From assembly GCF_003918875.1 (NCBI RefSeq), contig NW_025767300.1, forward strand, positions 186,001 to 250,000: DNA of 64,000 bases, given 5' to 3'. Source of the DNA: Haliotis rubra. Taxonomy: Eukaryota. The notes beneath the pieces were generated by a model. It saw only the letters and a program-made list of their open reading frames with translations, did not search any database and was not told the origin of the DNA. Both the position numbers and the translations under genes were made by a program. Shown one piece after another: positions 61,722-64,000 of this stretch. The stretch's first letter is position 1. Every line of letters starts with the position of its first letter.

Positions 61722-63557
61722 AATGTATGTATAAACTGTCATAAGTTAAGCTGGAAGATGTGTTTGTGTAACAGAATATAGGCACATGGAGCTTCAACCA
61801 AATGTATGTATAAACTGTCATAAGTTAAGCTGGAAGATGTGTTTGTGTAACAGAATATAGGCACATGGAGCTTCAACCAAATGTATGTATAAACTGTCAT
61901 AAGTTAAGCTGGAAGATGTGTTTGTGTAACAGAATATAGGCACATGGAGCTTCAACCAAATGTATGTATAAACTGTCATAAGTTAAGTTTGGAAGATGTG
62001 TTTGTGTAACAGAATATAGGCACATGGAGCTTCAACCAAATGTATGTATAAACTGTCATAAGTTAAGCTGGAAGATGTGTTTGTGTAACAGAATATAGGC
62101 ACATGGAGCTTCAACCAAATGTATGTATAAACTGTCATAAGTTAAGCTGGAAGATGTGTTTGTGTAACAGAATATAGGCACATGGAGCTTCAACCAAATG
62201 TATGTATAAACTGTCATAAGTTAAGCTGGAAGATGTGTTTGTGTAACAGAATATAGGCACATGGAGCTTCAACCAAATGTATGTATAAACTGTCATAAGT
62301 TAAGCTGGAAGATGTGTTTGTGTAACAGAATATAGGCACATGGAGCTTCAACCAAATGTATGTATAAACTGTCATAAGTTAAGCTGGAAGATGTGTTTGT
62401 GTAACAGAATATAGGCACATGGAGCTTCAACCAAATGTATGTATAAACTGTCATAAGTTAAGCTGGAAGATGTGTTTGCTGGAAGAGCTGTGTTTGTGTA
62501 ACAGAATATAGGCACATGGAGCTTCAACCAAATGTATGTATAAACTGTCATAAGTTAAGCTGGAAGATGTGTTTGTGTAACAGAATATAGGCACATGGAG
62601 CTTCAACCAAATGTATGTATAAACTGTCATAAGTTAAGCTGGAAGATGTGTTTGTGTAACAGAATATAGGCACATGGAGCTTCAACCAAATGTATGTATA
62701 AACTGTCATAAGTTAAGCTGGAAGATGTGTTTGTGTAACAGAATATAGGCACATGGAGCTTCAACCAAATGTATGTATAAACTGTCATAAGTTAAGCTGG
62801 AAGATGTGTTTGTGTAACAGAATATAGGCACATGGAGCTTCAACCAAATGTATGTATAAACTGTCATAAGTTGCTGGAAGATGTGTTTGTGTAACAGAAT
62901 ATAGGCAATACATGGAGCTTCAACCAAATGTATGTATAAACTGTCATAAGTTAAGCTGGAAGATGTGTTTGTGTAACAGAATATAGGCACATGGAGCTTC
63001 AACCAAATGTATGTATAAACTGTCATAAAGGCACATGGAGCTTCAACCAAAGTATGTATTAACAGCCAAATGTTGTATAAACTTTTGTAAGAGCTGGAAA
63101 GATGTGTTTGTGTAACAGAATATAGGCATGGGCTTATGGAGCAATGTAAGTTAAGCTGGAAGATGTGTTTGTGTAACCAGGCAATGCTTATGTATGTATA
63201 AACTGTCATAAGTTAAGCTGGAAGATGTGTTTGTGTAACAGAATATAGGCACATGGAGCTTCAACCAAATGTATGTATAAACTGTCATAAGTTGCTGGAA
63301 GATGTGTTTGTGTAACAGAATATAGGCACATGGAGCTTCAACCAAATGTATGTATAAACTGTCATAAGTTAAGCTGGAAGATGTGTTTGTGTAACAGAAT
63401 ATAGGCACATGGAGCTTCAACCAAATGTATGTATAAACTGTCATAAGTTAAGCTGGAAGATGTGTTTGTGTAACAGAATATAGGCATATCAACCAAATGT
63501 ATGCTTCAACCAAAATGGTTTGTGTAACAGAATATAGGCACACGGAGCTTCAACCAA
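61722..63557. repeat. 79-bp minisatellite (~23 copies)
   Basis: Unit AATGTATGTATAAACTGTCATAAGTTAAGCTGGAAGATGTGTTTGTGTAACAGAATATAGGCACATGGAGCTTCAACCA. Confidence 0.97.
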
Positions 63558-63909
63558 GTGGTTCCCATCACTATCTGCAGCGCATGTTGCGATCAATACA
63601 TCCGTACAACTGACACTACTTTCCAAACAAAGACGTTGAGGGCGTGCAAGCATGTGCCACACAAATACAGATGGTATTTAATATCAGCACTTTACTTTCC
63701 TTGTATCTATAGCCTGGTCTGTCAACCGCAAACATGGACAATTACATGCAGTTCAGTGACGCATACCTTTTGAATCTGGGCAAAATCTTTTCTTAACAAT
63801 CGTAAAACAATTTCTCCTTGTTGAAGCTCATTTGAACAATACATGTGTTTAGACGTTTGTGTATTACGAGTACTGCAGCACAGGCACTGGGGATGTCCAG
63901 CGAGATGAA

Positions 63910-64000
63910 ATGAGTGAGTTCAGTTTTAGCAATATTCCAGCAACATCACGGCGGTGGACACCAGAAATAGGCTTCTCATATTGTACCCATGTGGGAAATA
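63910..64000 (-). mobile_element. Meta/MESC-type SINE running off the window edge
   Basis: TTTAGCAATATTCCAGCAACATCACGGCGG...GACACCAGAAA. Confidence 0.8.

Noticed and set aside
59929-63444. Repetitive ORFs and a CRISPR-like look in the 42-bp and 79-bp arrays
   Set aside because: Head-to-tail tandem repeats with no unique spacers, no cas genes, and a eukaryotic context.

Overview
Eukaryotic (metazoan) genomic DNA, AT-rich and intron-rich. The SINE repertoire (tRNA-headed SINEs with Meta/MESC-, CORE- and V-type domains) points to a mollusc, probably a gastropod such as abalone (inference). Five host protein genes were hand-spliced: the 5' part of a ZC3H18-like gene (-), head-to-head with a complete 16-exon CTNNBL1 (+, 544 aa); a 4-exon Rieske UQCRFS1 (-, 268 aa), head-to-head with an unnamed ~284-aa protein built as chromodomain + RS-rich region + transmembrane helix (+); and an intronless HYPK (-). 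HYPK is divergent from an intron-containing elongator tRNA-Met(CAT) gene. The 38.7-54.3 kb interval is a transposon nest: a Crypton-like remnant, two inverted copies of a 10-bp-TSD MITE, a mariner containing a hAT-like MITE containing a DIRS element containing a SINE, and a second DIRS family. Many MITEs, SINEs and minisatellites (24, 42, 49, 51, 79 bp units) and one 200-N gap are present. The best novelty candidate is the chromodomain-RS-TM protein, a possible heterochromatin/nuclear-envelope tether with Lamin-B-receptor-like architecture. All calls are by eye; no database searches were run.
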